Positions 27,943 to 40,402 of a stretch of DNA of 64,000 bases are shown piece after piece. The stretch is from an uncultured Actinomycetes bacterium (GTDB lineage: Bacteria > Actinomycetota > UBA4738 > HRBIN12). How positions within the stretch are numbered: the stretch's first letter is position 1; the number at the start of each line of letters is the position of its first letter. The stretch lies in assembly GCA_963704885.1 (NCBI GenBank), contig CAVPIB010000004.1:544001-608000 (forward strand). Direction: 5' to 3'. The notes beneath the pieces are model-generated. The model was not told the DNA's origin and did no database searches. It was given only the letters and a program-made list of their open reading frames with translations. Position numbers and translations under genes: made by a program.

Positions 27943-28194
27943 CTAGAAACGCAGCGAGTGCCACACGTCCTCGCCGCGATCGCGGAGTGCGGTGGCATCC
28001 AGCTCGACGCTATCTTGGCCGGGGTGCCGCCCGAGCACCCGGTCCAGGAACGAGCGCTTCCCCGGAGGGAGCGATCGTCGACGGACCGCTCGCGCAACGG
28101 CGTCACGCCGGGACTCATGGATCCGGCGCTGCAGCTCCATGTCGCACGTTGGGTGCCCGATCACCACCTGGCTGGGATGCATCCTCCACATCAT
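27943..28194 (-). CDS. Small hypothetical protein
   Basis: 83 aa ORF with ATGA coupling to the reductase stop; fills the gap to the convergent ABC gene. Confidence 0.45.
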   Translation of the reverse strand: MMWRMHPSQVVIGHPTCDMELQRRIHESRRDAVARAVRRRSLPPGKRSFLDRVLGRHPGQDSVELDATALRDRGEDVWHSLRF

Positions 28195-29423
28195 CCCCCA
28201 TCCGGCACCAACGACCGTAGGTCGACGGCCGGATCGGCGAGCGCGACCGGGTCCGGACGGACCTGGCGGCGGATCAGCTCGAAGGAACGACGGACGTCAC
28301 GGGGCCACTCCATCGACACCGCAGAGCGGACCACACCGACCGCATCCAGCAGGAAGGCGCAGAACGACCGATCCTTGAGCGAACCTCGGACGATCATCCG
28401 ATCCCACGTGGGTGCGAAGCCGGCCATCTGGATCTGAACGTCGTACTGGTCGGACCAGAACCAGTGTGGGTCGTCGAACACCTCCGCCTTCCCCAGCATC
28501 CCTCGGGCGGCCGCGGCGCCCATCTTGATCGCGTTGTCGAAATGCTCGACGCGCATAGGGCCGAAGGCGGGATGGTCATGTCGCGCGACATCGCCCGCGG
28601 CGAACACCCCGGGGATCACCGTTTCGAGCGACGGACCGACGGGGATCCCTCCCGCCTGATCCAGGCCGGTACCCGCCATCAGCTCGACGACGGGCTCCGT
28701 GCCGATCCCCACTATCGCGATCTCCGCGTCGAACGACCGGCCGCCCTTCGTCACGACGCGCTCGAGCTTCCCGTCCCCCTCGAATCGATCAACCACGTCG
28801 TTGAAGTGCATCGCCACGCCATGGTCACGGTGTATCGACTCAAGCACCCGCCCGATGTCGCCCCCCAGCACGCGGTAAAGAGCGGTCTCGAAGATCTCGA
28901 CGACGGTTACCTCGCATCCCATCCCCCGCAGGGATGCGGCGACCTCGGCGCCGATGAATCCCATCCCCACGCACACCACACGGACCCCTCCCCGCACCGC
29001 CGCGCGGATGGCGTCGGCGTCGCGAAGGTCTCGCAGATCGAACACCCCCGGTAGTGCCGCCCCAGGAGCATCGATCTGCCGGTTGCGGCCTCCTGTGGCC
29101 ACCAACAGCGAGTCGAACGGAACCCGTTCTCCGCCGGCCAGCACGACGGCGCGTTCGTGCACGTCGAGCTGGGTCACCAGCGTCCCGAAACGTGTCTCGA
29201 TGTCCTGTTCCTGGTACCACGGGTCCGCACGCACCAGGATCCGCTCCAGGGGATCCTCACCCCGCAGATACTCCTTCGAGAGCGGAGGCCGCTCGTACGG
29301 CGCCAGATCCTCTGCACCTATCAGAACGATGCGCCCGTCGAAGCCTTCGTCGCGAAGCGTCGCAACAGCGGTCGCGCCGCAGAGGCTGGCGCCTACCACG
29401 ACGAACGATCGCGGGTCCGCCAC
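28191..29423 (-). CDS. FAD-dependent ferredoxin reductase
   Basis: VVGASLCG, YERPPLSK, GMGFIGAE, FAAGDVA, FWSDQY; GTG 29423. Confidence 0.92.
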   Translation of the reverse strand: MADPRSFVVVGASLCGATAVATLRDEGFDGRIVLIGAEDLAPYERPPLSKEYLRGEDPLERILVRADPWYQEQDIETRFGTLVTQLDVHERAVVLAGGERVPFDSLLVATGGRNRQIDAPGAALPGVFDLRDLRDADAIRAAVRGGVRVVCVGMGFIGAEVAASLRGMGCEVTVVEIFETALYRVLGGDIGRVLESIHRDHGVAMHFNDVVDRFEGDGKLERVVTKGGRSFDAEIAIVGIGTEPVVELMAGTGLDQAGGIPVGPSLETVIPGVFAAGDVARHDHPAFGPMRVEHFDNAIKMGAAAARGMLGKAEVFDDPHWFWSDQYDVQIQMAGFAPTWDRMIVRGSLKDRSFCAFLLDAVGVVRSAVSMEWPRDVRRSFELIRRQVRPDPVALADPAVDLRSLVPDGG

Positions 29424-29428
29424 GCGGG

Positions 29429-29740
29429 TTAGATCTCGATCTGGAGGTCGCCGCCTTGATCCCTGACCGGGAAGGTAGCGATCGGTTCGGTTGCCGGCTC
29501 CGCCAGAACCTCTCCGGTGGCCATGTCGAACACGCTTCCGTGACACTCACACGTGATCGCCGTGCCCTCGATGTCACCACCCATCGAGAGGTTGCAGCGC
29601 CGATGCGTGCAGATGTCGCTGAAGGCGTGGAGTGCCCCGCCGACCCGCGACACGGCGATCTCCCGGCCTCCCACGTCGAACGCCTTGGCTTCACCTTCGA
29701 CGATCTCGTCGGAGCGACCGACCGACACGAACTCTGGCAT
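29429..29740 (-). CDS. Rieske-type [2Fe-2S] ferredoxin
   Basis: CTH...CECHGSVFD Rieske motif, 103 aa; ATG 29740 after AGGAGG. Confidence 0.93.
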   Translation of the reverse strand: MPEFVSVGRSDEIVEGEAKAFDVGGREIAVSRVGGALHAFSDICTHRRCNLSMGGDIEGTAITCECHGSVFDMATGEVLAEPATEPIATFPVRDQGGDLQIEI

Positions 29741-29816
29741 GCGTTCCCTCCTGGCGATCCGGAGCGCGGGTAGGGTGTTCAGCTTACGGCCTCGATGAGA
29801 TAAGAACGGAGACCAC

Positions 29817-30578
29817 ATGACAAGTGCGAAGACACACACCCGGAAGACACGGACCCTGCGGATGATCGTGGTCGGCATCGGGTTGAGCCTCGCCCTGGCC
29901 GCCTGCTCCAAGGATGCCTCCCCACCCTCGGCATCGGGCACGAGCGGCGCCAGCGTCGGTTCGAGCCCGAGCGCGGGCGAGGGTTCCGACGGCGGTGAGG
30001 TGAGCGAGAGTGCCTCCCCCGGCGATGGGAGTGGCAGCGGAGATGGCTCTGGCAGCGGCGACTCCGAGGGCGAGGACGCTCCGGGAAGCGAGGACGACCT
30101 CAAGGTCTTCGCGTACGCGACCACCGACGAGGTCGAGCTCAGCCAACAGGTCGTCAGGGTCGGCCAGTCGGTGTCTCAGATCGAGCAGGACGCCAAGCAA
30201 GGGGATCTCGAGGCGCTTCAGCAGGACGCGGCCACGCTGGAGAGGCGGGCGAGCAAGCTCGAACGGCTGGCGGACCAGGCGGAAGAACGCCAGGATCCGC
30301 GCGAGCCCGCGGATGCCACTCTGAAGGACGCGAACGGCACCGCTGGTCGGGCCTTCGGCCAGACCTCGAACTACGCGCACCTGGCCGCCATCGTCGCCGG
30401 ACAGGCAGCGGACCCGAACCCTAAGACCCTCGAGTCGGTCCTACGGCAAGTCGGTCAGCTCCGAGGTCAACAGGACGAGGTGCTGGCGCTCTACGACGAA
30501 CTGAACGACTTGCTCGCGAAGTGGTCGAACGCGCACCCGCTGTTGGCGGCGAAGGCCTTGGCGACCTACGGCGGCTGA
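29817..30578 (+). CDS. Hypothetical lipoprotein with Ser/Gly/Asp linker and helical domain
   Basis: Basic n-region, hydrophobic h-region, lipobox LAAC. Confidence 0.75.
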   Translation: MTSAKTHTRKTRTLRMIVVGIGLSLALAACSKDASPPSASGTSGASVGSSPSAGEGSDGGEVSESASPGDGSGSGDGSGSGDSEGEDAPGSEDDLKVFAYATTDEVELSQQVVRVGQSVSQIEQDAKQGDLEALQQDAATLERRASKLERLADQAEERQDPREPADATLKDANGTAGRAFGQTSNYAHLAAIVAGQAADPNPKTLESVLRQVGQLRGQQDEVLALYDELNDLLAKWSNAHPLLAAKALATYGG

Positions 30579-31852
30579 TCTGTCGAGGGTGCCGGCTCCG
30601 GGGGGCTGTCCCTGCGCTTGGTGTGAAAGACGTAGGCGGCGGCGATCACGACGTAGAAACCGGCGAGGATGAGGATGCCTTCGCGGAACCCGATCGGAAG
30701 CAGCGCGGGCACGAACGCGCCTCCGACCCAGGCGAGCTGGAACACCACCTCGTAGCGAACGAACACCCGCCCGAGCGCGCCCTCGGGCGCGTTGAACTGC
30801 ATCAAGCTCTGGAACGCGAGTCGACCGAGCTCCGTCGTCGCTCCTGCGAGGAGCGCATAGAAGGTGAGCAGAGGTAGCCCGAACACCTGGAAGGCGAGCA
30901 GCGCGCCGATCGCACCCGCCGACACGCAGGCGATCACCACCGCCTCTTCGCGAGTATCGCGCGGCAGTCTGGGCGCCGAGATGTCGGCGATTAGGCCGCC
31001 CGCGACGCCTGCCGTCGCGAGCAGACCGAACCACCACAGCGGCTCGCCCCCGCGACGGAGCGAGAACGCCAGGAGGAAGAGCAGGAACCCGCTCGCGGCG
31101 CGCATACCGGCAGCCCCAAGGGCCGGCGCGGTGAGCTGCGGGATCCGTCCGCGCGGCCCAACCTCGGGTTTCTGAGACGCCTTCACCCGGGGGTGCGGGA
31201 GCCGGAGGTTGAGGAAGGCTGAGATCCCGTACACGATGGCCGCCAGATAGATCGGCCCGGTCGCCCCCCAAGTCTTGAGGAACAGGTAGCCGACAGGGAA
31301 CACCGTTATCGCGCCTGCGGCGGCGATCCGCCCGAGCCTGGCGTTCACCCGCATGAGGCCCTCGTCTGGCGAGGCGTAGGCCATCGTCAGCCCGTTCTTC
31401 GTGATCGCGTGGACCTTGGAAAGGACGAGCAGGATCAACGCGCTGGGGAAGAGCACGAGCGTCCCTACGCGCGGAGCGGCGTAGATCGCCACTGCCGCCC
31501 GGCCTGCCGCAGCGGCGAACGAGATCGCGCGCCGCGGCCCCGCCCGATCGAGCAGCGGAACGAGGAGCGGACCCGCCAGTGCGAGCGGCACCATGGTCAG
31601 CAGCAGATAGAGGGCGACCCTGGTCTTGGCCTCTCCGACAGGGAGCGAGAAGAAGACCGAATCGGCCAACGAGATCGCGAGCAAGGCGTCACCGCCGACG
31701 CTCGTGAAGTGACACAGGCCAAAGCGATCGATCGCCTGATCCGACCGCCACATGCGCCGGAGAGGCCAGACGAGCGACTCCACCGCCCCCGCGATCCCTA
31801 GCAGGAGGAGTTGCCACCACGGGTAGCGCGGCGGCCGGCTCGAGACCCGCAC
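30566..31852 (-). CDS. MFS-like membrane protein (start may be ATG 31754)
   Basis: Multiple TM segments; LADSVFF, PLLDR and LGRVFVRYE pattern of actinobacterial MFS-like proteins. Confidence 0.75.
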   Translation of the reverse strand: MRVSSRPPRYPWWQLLLLGIAGAVESLVWPLRRMWRSDQAIDRFGLCHFTSVGGDALLAISLADSVFFSLPVGEAKTRVALYLLLTMVPLALAGPLLVPLLDRAGPRRAISFAAAAGRAAVAIYAAPRVGTLVLFPSALILLVLSKVHAITKNGLTMAYASPDEGLMRVNARLGRIAAAGAITVFPVGYLFLKTWGATGPIYLAAIVYGISAFLNLRLPHPRVKASQKPEVGPRGRIPQLTAPALGAAGMRAASGFLLFLLAFSLRRGGEPLWWFGLLATAGVAGGLIADISAPRLPRDTREEAVVIACVSAGAIGALLAFQVFGLPLLTFYALLAGATTELGRLAFQSLMQFNAPEGALGRVFVRYEVVFQLAWVGGAFVPALLPIGFREGILILAGFYVVIAAAYVFHTKRRDSPPEPAPSTDQPP

Positions 31853-31865
31853 CGCGGCCCCGCAG

Positions 31866-33317
31866 CTACCCGGTCAGACGACCGCGCAGGAGCTCCTGCG
31901 CGAGCTTGGGATCGGCGGAGCCGCCCGACTTCTTCATCACCTGGCCGACCAGGAACCCGATCACGCCGTCCTTCCCGGCTCGGAACTGCTCCACGGCGTC
32001 TTGGTTCTCGGCGAGCACCTCGTCGGCTATCGCGCCAAGGGCACCCGGATCCGATACCTGGCGAAGGCCCCGCCGCTCCACGATCGCGTCGATCGCCTCG
32101 CCGGTCTCGACGACGTCTTCCAAGACCTGCTTGGCTCCGGAGCCCGAGATGGTGCCCTCGGCGAGCCAAGCCAGCAGGTCCACCAGATGCTCCGGCGTCA
32201 CGTTCGAGGCCGCGGGATCCACCCCGTGCTTGTTGAGCAGTCCCGCCAGATCCTGCGTGATCCAGTTCGCGGCCTCGCGCGCAGGAGCTCCCAGTTCGAT
32301 GGTCCGCTCGAAGAGGTCGGTCCATGCGCGATCGGCCACGAGGACGCGAGCCACGTCGGACCGAAGGTCGAGCTCTCGCTCGTAGCGCTCTCGGCGGGCG
32401 CGCGGCAGCTCGGGGAGCGTCGCCCGGATCTCCTCCACCCACGCCCGATCTGGATGGAGCGGCGGGATATCCGGCTCCGGGAAGTAGCGATAGTCGAACG
32501 CCTCCTCCTTGGAGCGCAACGACTTGGTGCCGCCCGCGTCCTCGTCCCAATGGCGGGTCTCCTGGACGATCGTCTCTTCGTTCTCGAGCGCCTTGGTCTG
32601 CCGTTCGATCTCGAAGGCGAGCGCCCGCTCGAGTGACCGGATCGAGTTCATGTTCTTGATCTCGACCTTGGTGCCGAGGGCGTCGGCGCCTTCTGGGCGG
32701 AGCGAGATGTTGGCATCGCAGCGGAGCGACCCCTCCTCCATCCGAACGTCCGACACGTCGAGAGACTCGAGCGTGGCGCGGAGCTCCCGCAGGTAGGCCC
32801 CCGCCTCTTCGGGCGAACGCATGTCGGGCTCGCTAACGCACTCGACGAGCGGCACGCCTGCACGGTTGAAGTCGACCAGCGCGAACTCGGCCTCGTGGAT
32901 CCGGCCCGAGGCGCTGCCGTGCGTGGTCTTGCCCGTGTCCTCCTCCATATGGACGCGGGTTATCCCGATCCGCCGCGTCTCGCCGTTCACGTCGACGTCC
33001 AGATGGCCGCCCACGCAGATCGGCAGGTCGTACTGGCTGATCTGGAAGTTCTTCGGCATGTCCGGGTAGAAGTAGTTCTTCCTGTGGAACAGCGAATCGG
33101 GCGCGATCGTGCAGTCGAGCGCCAACCCGATCTTCACGATCGACGCGATGGCCTCGCGGTTCGGCACGGGCAGCGAACCGGGGTGTCCCAGGCACACGGG
33201 ACAGGCGTTGGTGTTTGGTTCGGCCCCGAACTCGTTGCGGCAACCGCAGAACATCTTGGTCCGTGTTGAGAGCTCGACGTGGCACTCCAGGCCGATGACG
33301 GTCTCCCATGCGGTCAT
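31866..33317 (-). CDS. gatB: Asp/Glu-tRNA amidotransferase subunit B
   Basis: IGLECHVEL, RKNYFYPD, HMEEDTGK, EGSLRCDAN, DYRYFPEPD. Confidence 0.97.
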   Translation of the reverse strand: MTAWETVIGLECHVELSTRTKMFCGCRNEFGAEPNTNACPVCLGHPGSLPVPNREAIASIVKIGLALDCTIAPDSLFHRKNYFYPDMPKNFQISQYDLPICVGGHLDVDVNGETRRIGITRVHMEEDTGKTTHGSASGRIHEAEFALVDFNRAGVPLVECVSEPDMRSPEEAGAYLRELRATLESLDVSDVRMEEGSLRCDANISLRPEGADALGTKVEIKNMNSIRSLERALAFEIERQTKALENEETIVQETRHWDEDAGGTKSLRSKEEAFDYRYFPEPDIPPLHPDRAWVEEIRATLPELPRARRERYERELDLRSDVARVLVADRAWTDLFERTIELGAPAREAANWITQDLAGLLNKHGVDPAASNVTPEHLVDLLAWLAEGTISGSGAKQVLEDVVETGEAIDAIVERRGLRQVSDPGALGAIADEVLAENQDAVEQFRAGKDGVIGFLVGQVMKKSGGSADPKLAQELLRGRLTG

Positions 33318-33379
33318 ATCGAGGCAGCTTATCGAAGACCGCTCCGGGGGCTTCGCCCTCGGCCTCCTATCATCGTGAG

Positions 33380-34432
33380 ATGCCCGGTCACGGCTCCGAT
33401 CCGCCCACCGCCCACCCCAGGATGGTCTGGGCTGCGCTGGGAGCCGTCTACGTGATCTGGAGCACCACCTATCTCGCGATCCGCGTCGTGAACGAGACCC
33501 TCCCACCTCTCCTGGCGACCGCGATCAGGTTCCTGGTCGCCGGGAGCGTGCTGTACGCGATCGCGATCAGGACCGGCGACCGCCTGGCGGACCGGCCGGG
33601 TCCCCGGCAATGGCGCGCCGCGGCCATCGTCGGCACGCTGCTGATGTTCTGCGGGAACGGCGGCGTTGTCGTGGCCGAACTGACGATCCCGAGCGGCGTC
33701 GCGGCGCTGGTGATCGCCACCGTTCCCCTGTGGATGGTGACGATCGATCGGGTGGTCTATCACCACCGGCAGCCGTTCGCGGTGCTGGTCGGCCTCCTCC
33801 TGGGATTCGCCGGCGCCGCGATCCTGGTCGGAGGGTCGATCGCGGGACACGTCGACGCCCGCGGTGTGCTGCTCGTCGTGGGGGCAGCGATCTGCTGGGC
33901 GTCTGGGTCTCTGTATCAGCGCCACGCGCCGCTCCCCAGGCGCCCGTTCGTCGGAGCGGGCATGCAGATGCTCGTCGCGGCCGCCTTGTTCGTGGTCGTC
34001 GGCGTCTCTACCGGAGAGCTCGGTCGGATCGACGCCTCATCGTTCTCGCGCGCGTCGATCCTCGCGCTCGGCTACCTGATCGTCTTCGGTTCGTGGATCG
34101 GCTTCACGTCCTACCTCTGGCTCTTGCGGAACACACGGACCTCGCTCGTCTCCACCTACGCCTACGTGACACCGGTCGGCGCCGTGCTGCTTGGCGTCGT
34201 GTTCCTGAACGAGACGATCACCCTGCGGACCGTGGTCGCCGGGGCGCTCATCGTGATCGCGGTGGCCATCATCATCACGGCCGGAGGTACGGCGCGAGCG
34301 TCAGACCCCGGCCAGGAGCGGGGGGCGGAGCTCGAGACCGAGGGCGGCCTCGAGCGCGTGAGCGGCTCGGAGGAGCGTGGGTTCGGCCAGGACGGGCGCG
34401 GTGAGCTGCAGGCCGATGGGGAGCCCGCCTGA
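33380..34432 (+). CDS. EamA/DMT family transporter (YedA-like)
   Basis: VYVIWSTTYLAI, PSGVAAL, STYAYVTP; about 10 TM; ATG 6 nt after TATCAT. Confidence 0.9.
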   Translation: MPGHGSDPPTAHPRMVWAALGAVYVIWSTTYLAIRVVNETLPPLLATAIRFLVAGSVLYAIAIRTGDRLADRPGPRQWRAAAIVGTLLMFCGNGGVVVAELTIPSGVAALVIATVPLWMVTIDRVVYHHRQPFAVLVGLLLGFAGAAILVGGSIAGHVDARGVLLVVGAAICWASGSLYQRHAPLPRRPFVGAGMQMLVAAALFVVVGVSTGELGRIDASSFSRASILALGYLIVFGSWIGFTSYLWLLRNTRTSLVSTYAYVTPVGAVLLGVVFLNETITLRTVVAGALIVIAVAIIITAGGTARASDPGQERGAELETEGGLERVSGSEERGFGQDGRGELQADGEPA

Positions 34433-35776
34433 GTCGAGTCCGCAAGGAACGCTGATCGCCGGGACGCCGGCGAGGTTCGCGGGGATCGTGAACACGTCAG
34501 ACAGATACATCGCGAGCGGGTCATCAGCGCGCTCCCCGATCCGGAACGCGGTGGTCGGGGATGTCGGCGACACCAGCAGGTCGAAGTCCGCGAACGCCTC
34601 TTCGTAGTCGCGGATCATGAGGGTGCGGACCTTCTGTGCCTGGCCGTAGTAGGCCTCGTAGTAGCCGGCCGAAAGCGCATACGTCCCGAGCATGATCCGT
34701 CGCTTCACCTCGGCGCCGAACCCCTGCCCGCGTGTGGCGGACATCATGGCGATGGAGTCGGCGTGTTCACCCTCTGCGCGCAGGCCGTAGCGCACGCCGT
34801 CGAAGCGAGCCAGGTTCGACGACGCCTCGGATGGCGCTATCAGGTAGTACGCGCTGAGCGCGTAGTCGGCGTGGGGTAGGGTCACCTCTCCCACCTGCGC
34901 GCCGAGCGACGACAGCAGATCGACGGACGAGCGGATCGCATCCCTCACGTCCGGCTGGACGCCATCTCCGAACGTTCCCGAGACGACCCCGACGCGGAGC
35001 CCGGCCACGCCGGTCATCAGATCCGCGAGGTAGTCGGGGACCTCGGCCTCCAAGCTGGTCGCGTCGTGATGGTCCTTGCCCGCGAGCACGCCCAGCAGGA
35101 CGGCGGCGTCGCGCACTCTCCGCGTGAACGTCCCCACCGTGTCGAGCGAAGACGCGAACGCGACCAGCCCGTAGCGACTGATGCGCCCATACGTCGGCTT
35201 GAGTCCGACCACGCCGCTCAGCGAGGCCGGTTGCCGGACGGATCCTCCGGTGTCGGTCCCGAGCGCCCAGACCACCTCACCGGCGGCCACCGCTGCGGCG
35301 CTCCCGCCGGACGAGCCGCCCGGCACGGTATCCAGGTCCCAGGGGTTGTGAACGGGACCGTACGCGGAGTTCTCGTTCGACGAGCCCATCGCGAACTCGT
35401 CGCAGTTCGTCTTACCGACCAGTACGGCCCCCGCGCCCGATAAGCGCGTCCACGCCGTGCAGTCGTACGGTGGCACGTACTCCTCGAGGATCCTCGAGCC
35501 GCAGGTCGTGCGGATCCCGTTCGTGGCCAGGACGTCCTTCAGGGCGATCGGGATGCCGGCGACGGGCGACTGCGGCGCCCCCGTCGCGGAGTGCACGTCC
35601 ACGGCCGCGGCGCGCTCGCGCGCCACCTCAGGGGTGAGGGTCAGGAAGGCCTTCACCCGATCGTCGACCGCGTCTATCCGATGGAGAGATGCCTCGGTGA
35701 GCTCGGCCGACGAGAGCTCGCCGTTGCGGAGCTGTTCGGCCAGCTCGGAGCCCGTCCGGTCGTTCGCGTCGCTCAC
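34301..35776 (-). CDS. gatA: Asp/Glu-tRNA amidotransferase subunit A
   Basis: GKTNCDEFAMGSS, GGSSGGS, DTGGSVRQPA, EVKRRIMLGT. Confidence 0.97.
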   Translation of the reverse strand: MSDANDRTGSELAEQLRNGELSSAELTEASLHRIDAVDDRVKAFLTLTPEVARERAAAVDVHSATGAPQSPVAGIPIALKDVLATNGIRTTCGSRILEEYVPPYDCTAWTRLSGAGAVLVGKTNCDEFAMGSSNENSAYGPVHNPWDLDTVPGGSSGGSAAAVAAGEVVWALGTDTGGSVRQPASLSGVVGLKPTYGRISRYGLVAFASSLDTVGTFTRRVRDAAVLLGVLAGKDHHDATSLEAEVPDYLADLMTGVAGLRVGVVSGTFGDGVQPDVRDAIRSSVDLLSSLGAQVGEVTLPHADYALSAYYLIAPSEASSNLARFDGVRYGLRAEGEHADSIAMMSATRGQGFGAEVKRRIMLGTYALSAGYYEAYYGQAQKVRTLMIRDYEEAFADFDLLVSPTSPTTAFRIGERADDPLAMYLSDVFTIPANLAGVPAISVPCGLDSGGLPIGLQLTAPVLAEPTLLRAAHALEAALGLELRPPLLAGV

Positions 35777-36066
35777 GAGCCGGTCTCAGCGATACGCGTG
35801 ACCTTGAAACGGCCACCCTCCGCGTCGGGTGCGTTCGCCAGGGCGGCCGCTTGCGTCAGACTCGGCTGAGGTTCGTCCTCACGAAGCACGTTCGAACGCG
35901 GGATGGCCCATGCGGTCGGCGGGACATCGGCGGCCGCCACCTCTCCCACCTTGGCCGCGTGCTCCAGGATCAAGCTCAGCTGGGTCCGAAGACGCTTCTT
36001 CTCGTCGTCGGATAGGTCAAGACGCGCGAGTCGTGCGACGTGATCGATGTCTATCTCAACCGGCAT
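35773..36066 (-). CDS. gatC: Asp/Glu-tRNA amidotransferase subunit C
   Basis: HVARLARL, NVLRED, ANAP; coupled to gatA. Confidence 0.95.
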   Translation of the reverse strand: MPVEIDIDHVARLARLDLSDDEKKRLRTQLSLILEHAAKVGEVAAADVPPTAWAIPRSNVLREDEPQPSLTQAAALANAPDAEGGRFKVTRIAETGS

Positions 36067-36073
36067 GGAGCGG

Positions 36074-38772
<2,699 letters not shown>

Positions 38773-38844
38773 CGAGCCTCGACCTCCTCCTTCCGACCCG
38801 GGATGACCCGATGATAGTCCGGGCGAGGGACGAGGCCCCTGGGC

Positions 38845-39237
38845 TTAGCTGCTCAGGACGGCGTCGACCGCAGCCTGGTCCTCGTTGAACGCCCAGAACT
38901 CCGTCATCTTCCCGTCGCCCACGTGGAACACCTGGACCTGGCGTCCGTTGGCCGAGTTGGAGCCCTTGGTGATCGTCGCGTCCACCATCGCCACCACGTG
39001 CTCGTCGTTCCCGACCACGTCGTGGATCTCGAAGCTCAGAACCACGCCCTCCTGCGCGAAACGACCCATACGGGCCATCGTATCCGCCTTGCCTGTGAAC
39101 GTTCCGGCGTACGGGTTGCTCCCCGGGGCGTGCCAAACGACATCGTCGGCGATCATCGCGGTGAACGTAGCGATGTCGCCTTTGACGAACGCTTCGATCC
39201 CCGCGCGCGCGGCAGCGACGTTCGGATGCTCGGACAT
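38845..39237 (-). CDS. SnoaL/NTF2-like protein
   Basis: ADDVVWHAPG, GDGKMTEFW; 130 aa; SD GGAGGG. Confidence 0.85.
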   Translation of the reverse strand: MSEHPNVAAARAGIEAFVKGDIATFTAMIADDVVWHAPGSNPYAGTFTGKADTMARMGRFAQEGVVLSFEIHDVVGNDEHVVAMVDATITKGSNSANGRQVQVFHVGDGKMTEFWAFNEDQAAVDAVLSS

Positions 39238-39306
39238 ATCCCCTCCCCTTGAGACGGCGGACAGGATCTGAGCCTGACACCGCGCTCATCGGGCGCAAGA
39301 GGTGGT

Positions 39307-40389
39307 TCAGCGCAACGCTTCGACGATCCGTCCTCCGCCGAGAACCTCGTCTCCCCGGTAGACGACGGCGCTCTGACCCGGAGCGACCGCCCGTTGAGGC
39401 GCGCGGAACTCAACCCGGAACCGGTCATCGGGGAGCGGTTCGATCACAGCCGGCGCGCGGTCGCCCCGATAACGGATCCGGACCTCGCCTTCGAAGGCGC
39501 CGCCGGTCGGGGGTGAGCCCGCGACCCATGACGAGCGGTCGGCGACCAGACCACGTCGCGACAGGAGCTCCCGCGGCCCAACCACGACTCGGCGCGAGGG
39601 CGCGTCGACGTCCAACACGTAGGCGGGGACGCCGAGCACGATCCCCAGCCCCCGCCGCTGACCCACGGTGAACGCAGCGATACCCTGGTGCTCGCCCAGG
39701 ACGCGACCGTCCGGATCGACGATCTCGCCGCGGTGAGCCAGGTGCGGCGCGAGGGCGTGGACGAAGGCCCCCGCGTCGCCCGAGGGCGCGAAGCAGAGCT
39801 CCTGGGAATCGGGTTTCGACGCAACCGGCAGCCCGAATCGCTCGGCCAGCGCGCGGGTCTCAGACTTGGGCAGGTGGCCTACCGAGAACAGCGATCGCGC
39901 GAGCTGCTGCTGCCCGAGCATATGAAGCATGTAGCTCTGATCCTTCGCCCGGTCGGCTCCGCTGCGGAGGTGCCACGCGCCCTCGTGGTCCTTAGTCGTC
40001 CGCACGTAGTGGCCGGTCGCCACGAAGTCCACGCCCATCTCGTCGGCGCGCCGAAGGAAGGCCCCGAACTTGATCTCACCGTTGCATCGAGCGCAGGGGT
40101 TCGGGGTCCGCCCGGCTTCGTGCTCCGAGACGAAGTCATCGATCACGGCCCCCGCGAACTCGAGGGAAAGGTCGACGATCTCGAACGGGAACCCCGCGAT
40201 CCGGGCGACCTCGGCCGCATCGGCGCGCGCCACCGGCCCGCAACATCCGTGCTCGACCCCGTCGAGGTGCACCAGGTTCATATGGGATCCGACCACGTCG
40301 TATCCCTGTTCCTGGAGCAGGCAGGCCGCGACCGACGAGTCGACCCCACCCGACATCGCGACCAGCACGGACCCCTTCGAGGCACTCAC
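39307..40389 (-). CDS. mnmA: tRNA-specific 2-thiouridylase
   Basis: AMSGGVDSS, TPNPC, ATGHY, KDQSY, DSQELCF, TVGQRRG, APGQ. Confidence 0.97.
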   Translation of the reverse strand: MSASKGSVLVAMSGGVDSSVAACLLQEQGYDVVGSHMNLVHLDGVEHGCCGPVARADAAEVARIAGFPFEIVDLSLEFAGAVIDDFVSEHEAGRTPNPCARCNGEIKFGAFLRRADEMGVDFVATGHYVRTTKDHEGAWHLRSGADRAKDQSYMLHMLGQQQLARSLFSVGHLPKSETRALAERFGLPVASKPDSQELCFAPSGDAGAFVHALAPHLAHRGEIVDPDGRVLGEHQGIAAFTVGQRRGLGIVLGVPAYVLDVDAPSRRVVVGPRELLSRRGLVADRSSWVAGSPPTGGAFEGEVRIRYRGDRAPAVIEPLPDDRFRVEFRAPQRAVAPGQSAVVYRGDEVLGGGRIVEALR

Positions 40390-40402
40390 GCGTTCGAGGC
40401 TA

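Noticed and set aside
29990-30080. Gly/Ser/Asp repeats as a tandem repeat array
   Set aside because: Low-complexity linker inside the lipoprotein CDS, with no regular spacer structure
29429-30124. 231 aa ORF as a long Rieske protein
   Set aside because: The N-terminal part is antisense to the lipoprotein; ATG 29740 has a good SD
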